In this document: positions 56,629 through 64,000 of the stretch, in pieces | Position numbering within the stretch: position 1 is the first letter of the stretch | How the letters are laid out: every line of letters begins with the position of its first letter | From: an uncultured Gemmatimonadales bacterium | GTDB taxonomy: Bacteria > Gemmatimonadota > Gemmatimonadetes > Palauibacterales > Palauibacteraceae | Assembly: GCA_963783385.1 (NCBI GenBank) | Contig: CAWANJ010000009.1 | Location: 932,242 to 996,241, forward strand | Direction of reading: 5' to 3' | DNA: 64,000 nt | Notes under the pieces: model-generated | Databases searched by the model: none | Seen by the model: only the letters and a program-made list of their open reading frames with translations | What the model was told of the DNA's origin: nothing | Translations under genes and position numbers: made by a program

Positions 56629-57162
56629 GCCGCTCCCGCTGCGAATGCTCTCAAGTAGCTCCGCCGCAGTAAGCTCCCTTAAGTTCGTCCGGTCCACCAG
56701 CTCCCGAGCAAGTAAGCGAGTCCATTTTTGACTACTCACCCACCACCAATCGTGCATTTCGATCGAACTTCGAATATTGCCGTCTGCATCCCGGAGACGG
56801 ACTGAGGTCGTGTCCGACTCGAGAAGCCAGGCTGTAGGGTTCCGCACACCGCGCAGAACTAGTCGGAAGGTAACCGAACTGCAGATTCCATTGTGGACCG
56901 AAGTGGGCAGCAACAGTTCCAGTGTTTGCCGGGGGTACTGGGGAATGAGGTGAATCCAATCCCGAGGCTCCAAGACCCGCGTGTCGGCGGCCTCCTCGCC
57001 TCTCTGTGGATCGATAAAGACCCACTCACCCGGCTCATTGCGCTGAACCTCCCAGTTCCCGCGAAGCCAGCCAAGTGCATGCTCGGCGCCGGCACGAACA
57101 CCGATCCGATATGGTTCACCAGCTCCAGCTCGGCATAGGACCAATTCTGTGGGATAAGGCAT
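56623..57162 (-). CDS. Hypothetical protein; cassette gene
   Basis: 179-aa ORF fills the space between two attC-like sites; stop lies inside R''. Confidence 0.7.
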   Translation of the reverse strand: MPYPTELVLCRAGAGEPYRIGVRAGAEHALGWLRGNWEVQRNEPGEWVFIDPQRGEEAADTRVLEPRDWIHLIPQYPRQTLELLLPTSVHNGICSSVTFRLVLRGVRNPTAWLLESDTTSVRLRDADGNIRSSIEMHDWWWVSSQKWTRLLARELVDRTNLRELTAAELLESIRSGSGA

Positions 57163-57188
57163 CAGTTCGGGTCTCCAATTGGAGTGGC

Positions 57189-57271
57189 GCCTAAGGGCTC
57201 TAGGCTGGCGACCCGAGCGGCGAGCTCCCGAAGCGGCCGGAGGCCACGCAGGCGCCAGCCGCTTGTAATCC
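57189..57271 (-). mobile_element. attC-like site (degenerate cores)
   Basis: Minus strand GGATTAC-AAGC-GGCTGGCG...CGCCAGCC-TAGAGCC-CTTAGGC; 8-bp inverted inner boxes. Confidence 0.65.
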
Positions 57272-57285
57272 GGCGTGCGTCCGAG

Positions 57286-57817
57286 CTACCTGCCCCTGGG
57301 CAGACAGGCCACCAGTGCAATTCCCGCATAAGCGGCGTCGAAGAAACCGATGATCATCCAAGCGATTAGAGTACCGCTGACCCTTTGTTGGCACCATGAC
57401 AGGGTTGGATCGCCATCTCGACTGCCAGGGCAGCCGCTGACCCTCGCCGAAGGTCTTCCCGTCACTGAACAGTGAGAAGCCGATCAACGGCTCCAGTCTG
57501 CGCGCTTGAGCGATTCGAAAGCCAAAATATCTCGTGTAGAATTTGAACGCTACCAGCCATACAGGAGTCAGAAGGACTCCCAGTGCGCAACCTGCGATGA
57601 CAGTCCAGCGGCCGTGAGGTGTTTTCGCCAGTTCGATGAGATTACTTGCAATGAAACCGAGTAGCACTGTCTCGGCTACAAGGAATAACCCGAACACGGT
57701 CCAACGCATCTGCCCTTCGTAGTGGACCATGGCCAGAACATGCCCGTACTCGCTCTTTGCTCGCTCGAGTGTCCCGCCCTTGTGGACGGCGTCCTGTTCA
57801 GAACCAAGATCGCTCAT
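57286..57817 (-). CDS. Small multi-TM membrane protein; cassette gene (frameshift ~57380)
   Basis: TM segments WTVFGLFLVAETVLLGFI and VIAGCALGVLLTPVWLV, then ARRLE; third TM in a shifted frame ending TAG at 57286. Confidence 0.7.
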
Positions 57818-57870
57818 TGGCACACGCATTCGTATTGAGCTAGAAAAGACTCTTGCACGAGAAGCATTCG

Positions 57871-57973
57871 GCATAACGTCCCCGCCGGTTGCCGACACCC
57901 ACGAGTTCCAGCGCGCGGGCGCCCGGAAGGGCGAGTGTCCGATGGCGGTAGAGCGACACCCGCCGTGTTATCG
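57871..57973 (-). mobile_element. attC-like site
   Basis: Minus strand CGATAAC...GTTATGC; 103 bp; homologous to the 56529 and 55537 sites. Confidence 0.75.
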
Positions 57974-57996
57974 GAAGCTGCTAGTAGCATCACGAT

Positions 57997-58885
57997 TCAG
58001 GTTAGCAGCGACTTCAGTATGTCGTAGACCAATGCAAGAAGTAGCGTTGAGAGGGCGCCCGTAACAACCGAACGAACGCCAGCGCTTCGTGAACCCTTCA
58101 ACTCTACCAATGGAAAGGCCCATCGAAAGCCGTGTGCGACGCCTCGGAAGAACAAGAAGGCAACGAGGAACAGGTAAAATGTAGAGCGCACCTTCGAGTG
58201 CCGGATGCCACCGCTCGAGGACACCCTGAATCCCCTGGGAGATCCGGAATACGATCCAAAGAGAGCCAGGAATCGCCACAAACCACTGGTACGCGTTGTA
58301 CCAGCTATGCTTGTGCAGCCATCCTCGCCGTCTTCCTCGTCGTTCGAGGAATCCCATAACGGTCTCATGGACCCCAGCCACCCACGTGGAGTCCGGACCT
58401 ATGATCTCAAAGCTGCTGTTATTGGGCGTTGGATTGGAAGCGGGATCGTACTTGTCAAACCCGGGGGGCTCGGTGAAATCGAGGTTCAAGCGAAACCGAT
58501 TCTCCGGCTCGAACTTGTGCAGAGTCCGGATACTCGCGGCGCTGTCGTACAGTATGGAGGTGACTGTGTCGGGTAGTCTCTGAGATCGGAAGTCTGGCGC
58601 CGAACTCACAACCATTCGTTCTCCGTCTGCACCGTAGATGAATGCACTAAGGTGCCCGGATTCTCGCCCTCTTTTCTTCAGTTCTTCGAACTCCGCTTCC
58701 GACGTGTCGGCAGGCCTCTGTGCGCGTGCGAGCGAGTGCTCAATGCCCTCCTGGGTCTTTCGCTCCAGGTCTTCGTAGAGGGTAACCAAGTCATCACGGG
58801 ATAGAAGACACGACGGGATTGGCGTCGATCTGTACACTCCCTGGTAGGCGAGAGCCTTCGGAGGGCTGTTGCTCTCGGTAGCCAC
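57997..58885 (-). CDS. Hypothetical protein with soluble N-domain and about 3 C-terminal TM helices; cassette gene (frameshift ~58180)
   Basis: ORF 57968..58885 plus C-terminus in ORF 57997..58368 (YLFLVAFLFFR...LLLALVYDILK). Confidence 0.75.
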
Positions 58886-58937
58886 CGTATACCTCCGCCG
58901 CTGTCACCCTACGATGTAGTTGGCCTCTGCGTAGCTT

Positions 58938-59032
58938 CCATAACGACGTGGTGTTGCCGGCGCGGCCCGCACCAGGGGCCGTGATTCAGCAAAGTGAGCG
59001 ACGCGAACGGTGCCGGCAACACTCAGTTGTGC
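58938..59032 (-). mobile_element. attC-like site
   Basis: Minus strand GCACAAC-TGA-GTGTTGCCGGC...GCCGGCAACAC-CACGTC-GTTATGG; perfect 11-bp inner inverted repeat; upstream gene stop abuts R''. Confidence 0.8.
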
Positions 59033-59419
59033 GCAAACTCCGCCGCACACTCCGACGTATCGCACCAGTCCACGAACCCGTCTCGTATCCAGAAGTGACT
59101 CTTGCAACCCACGCGTTGCCATATTGACGGCTCAATAGTGGGCCACTTGCATTCCCCAACGAGCTCCCAATGAGGAGCATGGCTGTCTCGTAACGATAGG
59201 TTCACGGCCCGACCACATCCCACAGGGGCAGCGAAACACGGCCCAGGCCGGCGACTCTGGGGTGCCGATGACCAGGAATTCCCGTTCGCGCGGATACTTC
59301 CCCCGTGGCGCCTGAGTTTGGAAATGAGTTTTGAGGAAATGGCGCCGAGGCTGGCTGATTCGTCTAACGCAGTACCTCAACCATCGCACGAAGTTCTCCA
59401 TGGCCGTCCAGAAGGTCAC
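59023..59419 (-). CDS. DUF6527-like Cys/His metal-binding protein (frameshift ~59220)
   Basis: FRCPCG|CG...PTIEPSIW...GCKSHFWIRDG.V.WC. Confidence 0.85.
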
Positions 59420-60846
59420 GACTGACGCAGCGCAGGCCGTCCGAGTAGGCCGTCCTCCTCCCGCATCGCGGTGAACCGTCCCTGCGTACAGTAGGGACAG
59501 TCTGGCGATGAGGACACTGCCCGCGATTCAATCTCCATCGTCACGAAGTTCAGCAGTATCTGCGTGCGGAGAAGGTGAGGCGGTAGCTTCCGATAGGGTC
59601 GTACAAGGTCAAAGATTGAAGCAACGGCGAAGTTCGCCACGGCACCGGTGAAGGGCCCAACGCCCGGCGCTTGCTCGTGACCCCCAACCAGATATCCCTC
59701 CGCCTCCTCTTGACGAGCCCGATCTGGATCCGCGCGGAATCGCAGCTCTCGCTTGATCCGGTCCGCGGTGATCACGCGCTGGCAAAACAGGCACGCGCCG
59801 AAAGACGGGGTAATGAAGCTCATCCGGGCGTGTTGATCGTGTAGTGTTGCGTCCCCACCATCAAGACTAACGGTGCCGCCAAGGCCGAGGTCGATAAGCG
59901 GCTGCCCATAAACGTATAGTGCCTTATTGAGCACCTCACGTCCGGTGTAGTCGTCGGTACATCCAAGCACTAGATCCGCCGTGGACAGTGCGGCAACGGC
60001 TGAGGCGGAGTCAGAAATTGAACCTACGAGGTAGGCCGCTGTACAGTTGAGCCCGAGGCCATTGACGTATCGCGCCAAGACCTTGGCTTTCATTCGACCG
60101 ACGTCAGCCTTACCGGCCCCGCGGACGCGGTTGAGGTTTGACTCTTCAAGCCTATCGTGGTCGATCAAGATGAGCTCGCCAACACCTGCTCTGGCCAAGA
60201 GCGTTGCGCTGGGGCTCCCTGTTCCACCGCATCCGACAATTGCGACGCGTAGAGAAGATAACTGAGCCGAAAAGGGCGTACCGAATGCGGCAGCTTGGCG
60301 AGCCTGTTGCTCACTCGGGTGCTGCGTCTCGGCCGCAAGGTGAACCTTCAAGAAGTCGCCCAAAACCGTGACATGCCGAACCGATTCCGCGATACCAACT
60401 CGGGCGCCCCCAAGCACCCTGCCCTTCCAGGAACGACCGTTCCAAAGTAGTGACACAATCTCAGCGTCCTCGCCATTTCTATTGACTAGCGCCTGGAGCA
60501 GCGTCGTTTCGTTTTCATCATCAACCGACGAGAACCGGTCTAGGCCGCCGGGATGATTGTGGACGAAACCAAAGACGAGATCCTCTTCTTCGCATCGTCG
60601 GAAAGCCGGGCGTAGTGGCGCTGTCTGGTAGCGGATCTCCGTGGGTGTCGCCCGAATTATCCAGTCCCGTTCGAACGGGAACGCATCGACGCTCAAATAG
60701 CGGTCAGAGAGCGGAAGGGGTGCAGCCTCTCGACTGATCTTCCGGAACAGTATGACCGCGGCCGCCTCATTACCGTCCGCCGCCGCGAACGCTCGTTGGC
60801 AAGTGTCGTCGTGAAGGTCGACAAGCGTGACCCGTGGAGAACTCAT
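59416..60846 (-). CDS. JAB/MPN peptidase fused to ThiF/E1-like adenylating enzyme
   Basis: FVHNHP....FSSVDD (JAB); VGCGGTGS, DHDRLEESNLNR, GCTD, CLFC and CPYC. Confidence 0.92.
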   Translation of the reverse strand: MSSPRVTLVDLHDDTCQRAFAAADGNEAAAVILFRKISREAAPLPLSDRYLSVDAFPFERDWIIRATPTEIRYQTAPLRPAFRRCEEEDLVFGFVHNHPGGLDRFSSVDDENETTLLQALVNRNGEDAEIVSLLWNGRSWKGRVLGGARVGIAESVRHVTVLGDFLKVHLAAETQHPSEQQARQAAAFGTPFSAQLSSLRVAIVGCGGTGSPSATLLARAGVGELILIDHDRLEESNLNRVRGAGKADVGRMKAKVLARYVNGLGLNCTAAYLVGSISDSASAVAALSTADLVLGCTDDYTGREVLNKALYVYGQPLIDLGLGGTVSLDGGDATLHDQHARMSFITPSFGACLFCQRVITADRIKRELRFRADPDRARQEEAEGYLVGGHEQAPGVGPFTGAVANFAVASIFDLVRPYRKLPPHLLRTQILLNFVTMEIESRAVSSSPDCPYCTQGRFTAMREEDGLLGRPALRQS

Positions 60847-61253
60847 CCCCTATCAGCCTTGGGGTTCTGAAGGGCCCAGTCTACCCTGTGAAGAATGGTG
60901 TTCACGTCGTCCCTTCCAGGGCGCCAGCGGGAGGTCGGGGTATTCCAGTGGCGAGACCAGCGGCAAAACTCCACTCCCTTGAAGCTCCTGTTGTTTCCCG
61001 ACCCGAGTGGAGAGGCAGCCGGAATCGGTCCCCCGTCCGAGAGTTCAAGGCACGGGGCGACCCAGAGCATGTCGATTCCATCGTCTGGGTAGTTTTGGGG
61101 GATCACCACGAGAACGCGACACCGCTCGACCGTGTACAGGCCTGCGGGGAGCAAACAGTCCAGCAGAACTAGATAGCGGGAGCCCTCGTCCTCCTCGTAC
61201 GAACGCCCGAGTTCGTCTAGTCGCTCGTATTCGTAGCCTCGGAGGAGGCTCAC
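60843..61253 (-). CDS. Prokaryotic E2-like protein (family E type)
   Basis: LLPAGLY, IPQNYPD..IDMLW, CRWSRHW...WRPGRD. Confidence 0.88.
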   Translation of the reverse strand: MSLLRGYEYERLDELGRSYEEDEGSRYLVLLDCLLPAGLYTVERCRVLVVIPQNYPDDGIDMLWVAPCLELSDGGPIPAASPLGSGNNRSFKGVEFCRWSRHWNTPTSRWRPGRDDVNTILHRVDWALQNPKADRG

Positions 61254-61483
61254 TCTCCAGCACCTGACTCCGGGTTCTGTGTAGAGAACCGGTCGATGCC
61301 TGGCGTTGCAGATAGGTCCACCGTGCTCCCGGGCGTTATCTCCTCGTCCGGCTGCCCCGGCACCTTTCGGAATATCAAGACACCGTCCGGAATGTTGGCT
61401 AGCTCCTTGAGTTGTTCGTAGCTGATGGAATCAGCGTCCCACTCGTAGGGATCGTTGTCGACCGAAAGTTCTTTCCTTGGCAT
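61250..61483 (-). CDS. Ubiquitin-like (multiubiquitin-domain) protein, 77 aa
   Basis: RBS AAGGAA; VDNDPYEW...ISYEQLKELA...VDL...GIDRFST; C-terminus SGAG-E. Confidence 0.85.
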   Translation of the reverse strand: MPRKELSVDNDPYEWDADSISYEQLKELANIPDGVLIFRKVPGQPDEEITPGSTVDLSATPGIDRFSTQNPESGAGE

Positions 61484-61594
61484 GATTCCCTTCCTTGCGG
61501 AGTGTGAAAGAGTAAGGCTAATCCGTGACGACATCATACGCTGCCCACTCCCCGCCGGCGCGAGCATCCAATTGGCGGTGCCGACACTGTACAC

Positions 61595-61703
61595 GCCACA
61601 CAGTTGGCGGAAGTTCAGCATGACTCGTCAGTCCACGACGACCGTCACTTGCCGTTGTGGCTTCGGTAACACCCGGGACTGAATCTGTTCGGCTGTGTTA
61701 GCA
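61595..61703 (-). mobile_element. Possible att-like boundary of the cassette array
   Basis: Minus strand TGCTAAC...GTTACCG (61703-61664) followed by imperfect hairpin GCCACAAC...GTGTGGC (61661-61595); coincides with the GC shift. Confidence 0.4.
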
Positions 61704-63866
61704 GAACCTAGTGTCCCCCCTCCCCAACCACTTCTCGAACCACCCCAGAATGTGCGGCGACACGTCCATCAGCAGCTTCGGCTCCCGCGGCCCGTGCGGC
61801 GTCCGCGGGAACTGCACCATCTGCGTCGGCACGCCCATGTGCTTCAGCGCCCCGTAGAACTCGTAGCCCTGCGTCGTGGGCACCCGGACGTCCCTCGCGC
61901 CGAGCATGATCTGCACGGGGGTCTTCACGTTGGCGATGTGGTAGTAGGCCGAGTGGGCCTGGTAGAGCTTGTAGTTCTTCCACAGCGGGACCTCGCCCAT
62001 GCCGGCCAGGAGGTAGGCGGGGATGTCGGTCGTGTAGACCATGCTCACCAGGTCGGGGAGGCCGGCGCCCATGCTCACGGCCTTGAAGCGGTGGGTCTGG
62101 GTGACGATCCAGCTCGTCATGTAGCCGCCGTAGCTCCACCCCATCTCGACCATCGAGTCGGGGTCGGCCACGCCCATCTGGATCACGTGGTCCACGCCGG
62201 CCATGAGGTCCTGGTAGTCGCCGCCGCCCCAGTCGTGGACGTTGGCGTAGCGGAAGGTCTTGCCGTAGCCGGTGCTCCCGCGCGGGTTGGCGCGCAGGAT
62301 CGCGTAGCCGTGCTGGGCGAAGTACTGGAGCATGTAGATGGACGGGCCCCCGGTGAAGCTCTGCGTGAACACGCCCGCCGGGCCGCCGTGCACGTTGAGG
62401 ATGAAGGGCACCTTCTCGCCCTTCTTGTAGCCCACCGGGTAGGTGAGGAGACCCTCGATCGTGAACTTCCCGTCCTTCGACTTCCACGACAGGAGCTCGG
62501 TCTTCCCCATGGGGGGCTTCGGCACGTCCGCGTTCACCGAGGAGAGCTTCGACGCCCCGCTCATGGCGAGGGAGGCGGTCGAAGAGACGTACACGTCGGC
62601 CGGGGTGTCGGGGTCCTGCCAGGTGAAGGCGGCCCGGTCGCCGGCCCGGTCCAGGGCGAAGCCGCCCAGCGTCCCCTCCTTCGGGGTCATGACGCGCGGC
62701 GCGCTCCCGTCGGCCGGGAGGGCGATGAGGGCGCCCTGCGTGTGCACGGGCTCTGGCGCCCAGATCGTCTTCCCGTCCCCCGACCAGCCCAGGATCGAGG
62801 CGGTGCGGTTCGGCGTGTCGGCCAGCTTGTGGGGCGTGCCCCCCGAGGCCGGCACCACGTACACGTCCGCCAGGCTCACCGGCTCGGGCTTCGAGCCCGT
62901 CGAGCTGAACGCGATCGTCTTCCCGTCGGGCGAGTAGTGCGGGTCGGGGTCGACGCCCTTCCCCGTCACCAGCCCCTTCACCGCGCCCGAGTCGGAGGGG
63001 ACGGTCGAGATGTCCCCGTGCAGGAAGCCCGTGTTGATGCGCGGGTCGGGCTGGTGGGAGAAGGCGATCGTCGACCCGTCCGGTGACCAGTCGAAGCCGG
63101 TCACCGTGAAGTCGCCCGAGGTGAGCCGCTTCACCGCGTGCGAGCCGCTCGAGTCGGCCGCGAGCGCGACCGTGTACAGGTGCGCGTCGTGGAACACGCT
63201 GTCGATCACCGTCTCGTCGCGCTTTTCCTTCTCCGCCTTCTTCCGGGCGCTCGAGACCGTGTCCGCCGAGGTGTAGGCGATGCGGTCCCCCTGCGGCGAC
63301 CACTCGAACCCGTCCACGCCGGAGGGGGCGTCGGTGAGCTGCCACGCCTCGCCTCCGTCCACCGGCATCACCCACACCTGGCTCTTCCCGTCGCCCTCCT
63401 CGTTCTCGTTCGCCACCGTCGCGGCGCGCGAAGAGAGGAAGGCCAGCTCCTTCCCGTCCGGGGAGAAGGCGGGCGAGGAGGCGCCCTTGGGATCGTGCGT
63501 GTACTGCCGGTTCCACGAGCCGTCCGCCGCCGCCACCCACACCTGGCTCACGTAGCGCGACTCCTTGCCCTTCATGTTCGCCGACCGGACCACGTAGGCG
63601 ACGAGCTTCCCGTCGGGGGACATCGCGGTCCCGCCGATCTGCCGGTACAGCATGCTGAGGGACGGCGTCCAGCCCGAGTCGGCGGCGACCTGGGCGGGGG
63701 TCATGGCCTCGGGGGTGGTGTCGGGACCTGGGGCCGGAGGCGCGGGCGGCCGGCGGCGCCGTGGTCGGCGTGGCGTGCGCGGCCGGGGACGTGGCGAGGA
63801 GCGCGAGCGAGGAGAGGGCCGCCATGAGGGGAGGCGACCGGAGCGGCGAACGAAGCGCGGGATCAT
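61698..63866 (-). CDS. S9 family peptidase (dipeptidyl aminopeptidase/acylaminoacyl peptidase); frameshift near N-terminus
   Basis: PD40 propeller, VHGGP, NPRGSTGYG, GWSYGG, D.RVP, PHG. Confidence 0.95.
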   Translation of the reverse strand: MIPRFVRRSGRLPSWRPSPRSRSSPRPRPRTPRRPRRRRPPAPPAPGPDTTPEAMTPAQVAADSGWTPSLSMLYRQIGGTAMSPDGKLVAYVVRSANMKGKESRYVSQVWVAAADGSWNRQYTHDPKGASSPAFSPDGKELAFLSSRAATVANENEEGDGKSQVWVMPVDGGEAWQLTDAPSGVDGFEWSPQGDRIAYTSADTVSSARKKAEKEKRDETVIDSVFHDAHLYTVALAADSSGSHAVKRLTSGDFTVTGFDWSPDGSTIAFSHQPDPRINTGFLHGDISTVPSDSGAVKGLVTGKGVDPDPHYSPDGKTIAFSSTGSKPEPVSLADVYVVPASGGTPHKLADTPNRTASILGWSGDGKTIWAPEPVHTQGALIALPADGSAPRVMTPKEGTLGGFALDRAGDRAAFTWQDPDTPADVYVSSTASLAMSGASKLSSVNADVPKPPMGKTELLSWKSKDGKFTIEGLLTYPVGYKKGEKVPFILNVHGGPAGVFTQSFTGGPSIYMLQYFAQHGYAILRANPRGSTGYGKTFRYANVHDWGGGDYQDLMAGVDHVIQMGVADPDSMVEMGWSYGGYMTSWIVTQTHRFKAVSMGAGLPDLVSMVYTTDIPAYLLAGMGEVPLWKNYKLYQAHSAYYHIANVKTPVQIMLGARDVRVPTTQGYEFYGALKHMGVPTQMVQFPRTPHGPREPKLLMDVSPHILGWFEKWLGRGDTRFC

Positions 63867-64000
63867 CGGGCCTCCAGGGTCCAGGAAGCCCGAATGCTAA
63901 CGCGCCCGCGTGGATGGCGTAAAGTCTCGGAGCCGGCGGTTCCCGGCTTCCCGGCTTCCGCCTACGGCGTGTCGCTCGCCGCCTTCCCGCCGTCGAGCCG

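Noticed and set aside
59416-60846. Thiamine/molybdopterin biosynthesis ThiF/MoeB
   Set aside because: Context is Ubl, E2, JAB and DUF6527 with no cofactor-biosynthesis genes
1-64000. Mass pseudogenisation or programmed frameshifting suggested by many split ORFs
   Set aside because: Frameshifts also hit ordinary genes, show no shared slippery motif and come without in-frame stops; long-read indel error is more likely

Overview
High-GC bacterial DNA with many single-base frameshifts, most likely uncorrected long-read indels. Gene content resembles Gemmatimonadota/Acidobacteriota (inference). Main structures: (1) two minus-strand tandem arrays holding 11 Hanks-type Ser/Thr kinase genes (3 at <1-7.6 kb, 8 at 27.4-46.1 kb). 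Their kinase domains are near-identical and fused to divergent TM + TolB/PD40 beta-propeller or TolB-N/TPR tails. (2) A stretch of peptidases, lipoproteins, transporter and TerB-type genes. (3) An orphan two-gene unit at 18-23 kb: a large unknown protein plus a palm/GGDE-motif protein. (4) A DUF222-HNH gene that carries, and is flanked by, a 16-bp parS-like palindrome CGTTTCAGCTGAAACG (4 copies seen in the window). (5) Four toxin-antitoxin loci with readable promoters. (6) A more AT-rich island at ~53-61.7 kb whose minus-strand genes are separated by at least five attC-like sites, with no integrase in the window (CALIN-like array). Its first cassette is a four-gene bacterial ubiquitination-like operon (Ubl, E2, JAB-E1, DUF6527-like). 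No rRNA, tRNA or CRISPR array was recognised.
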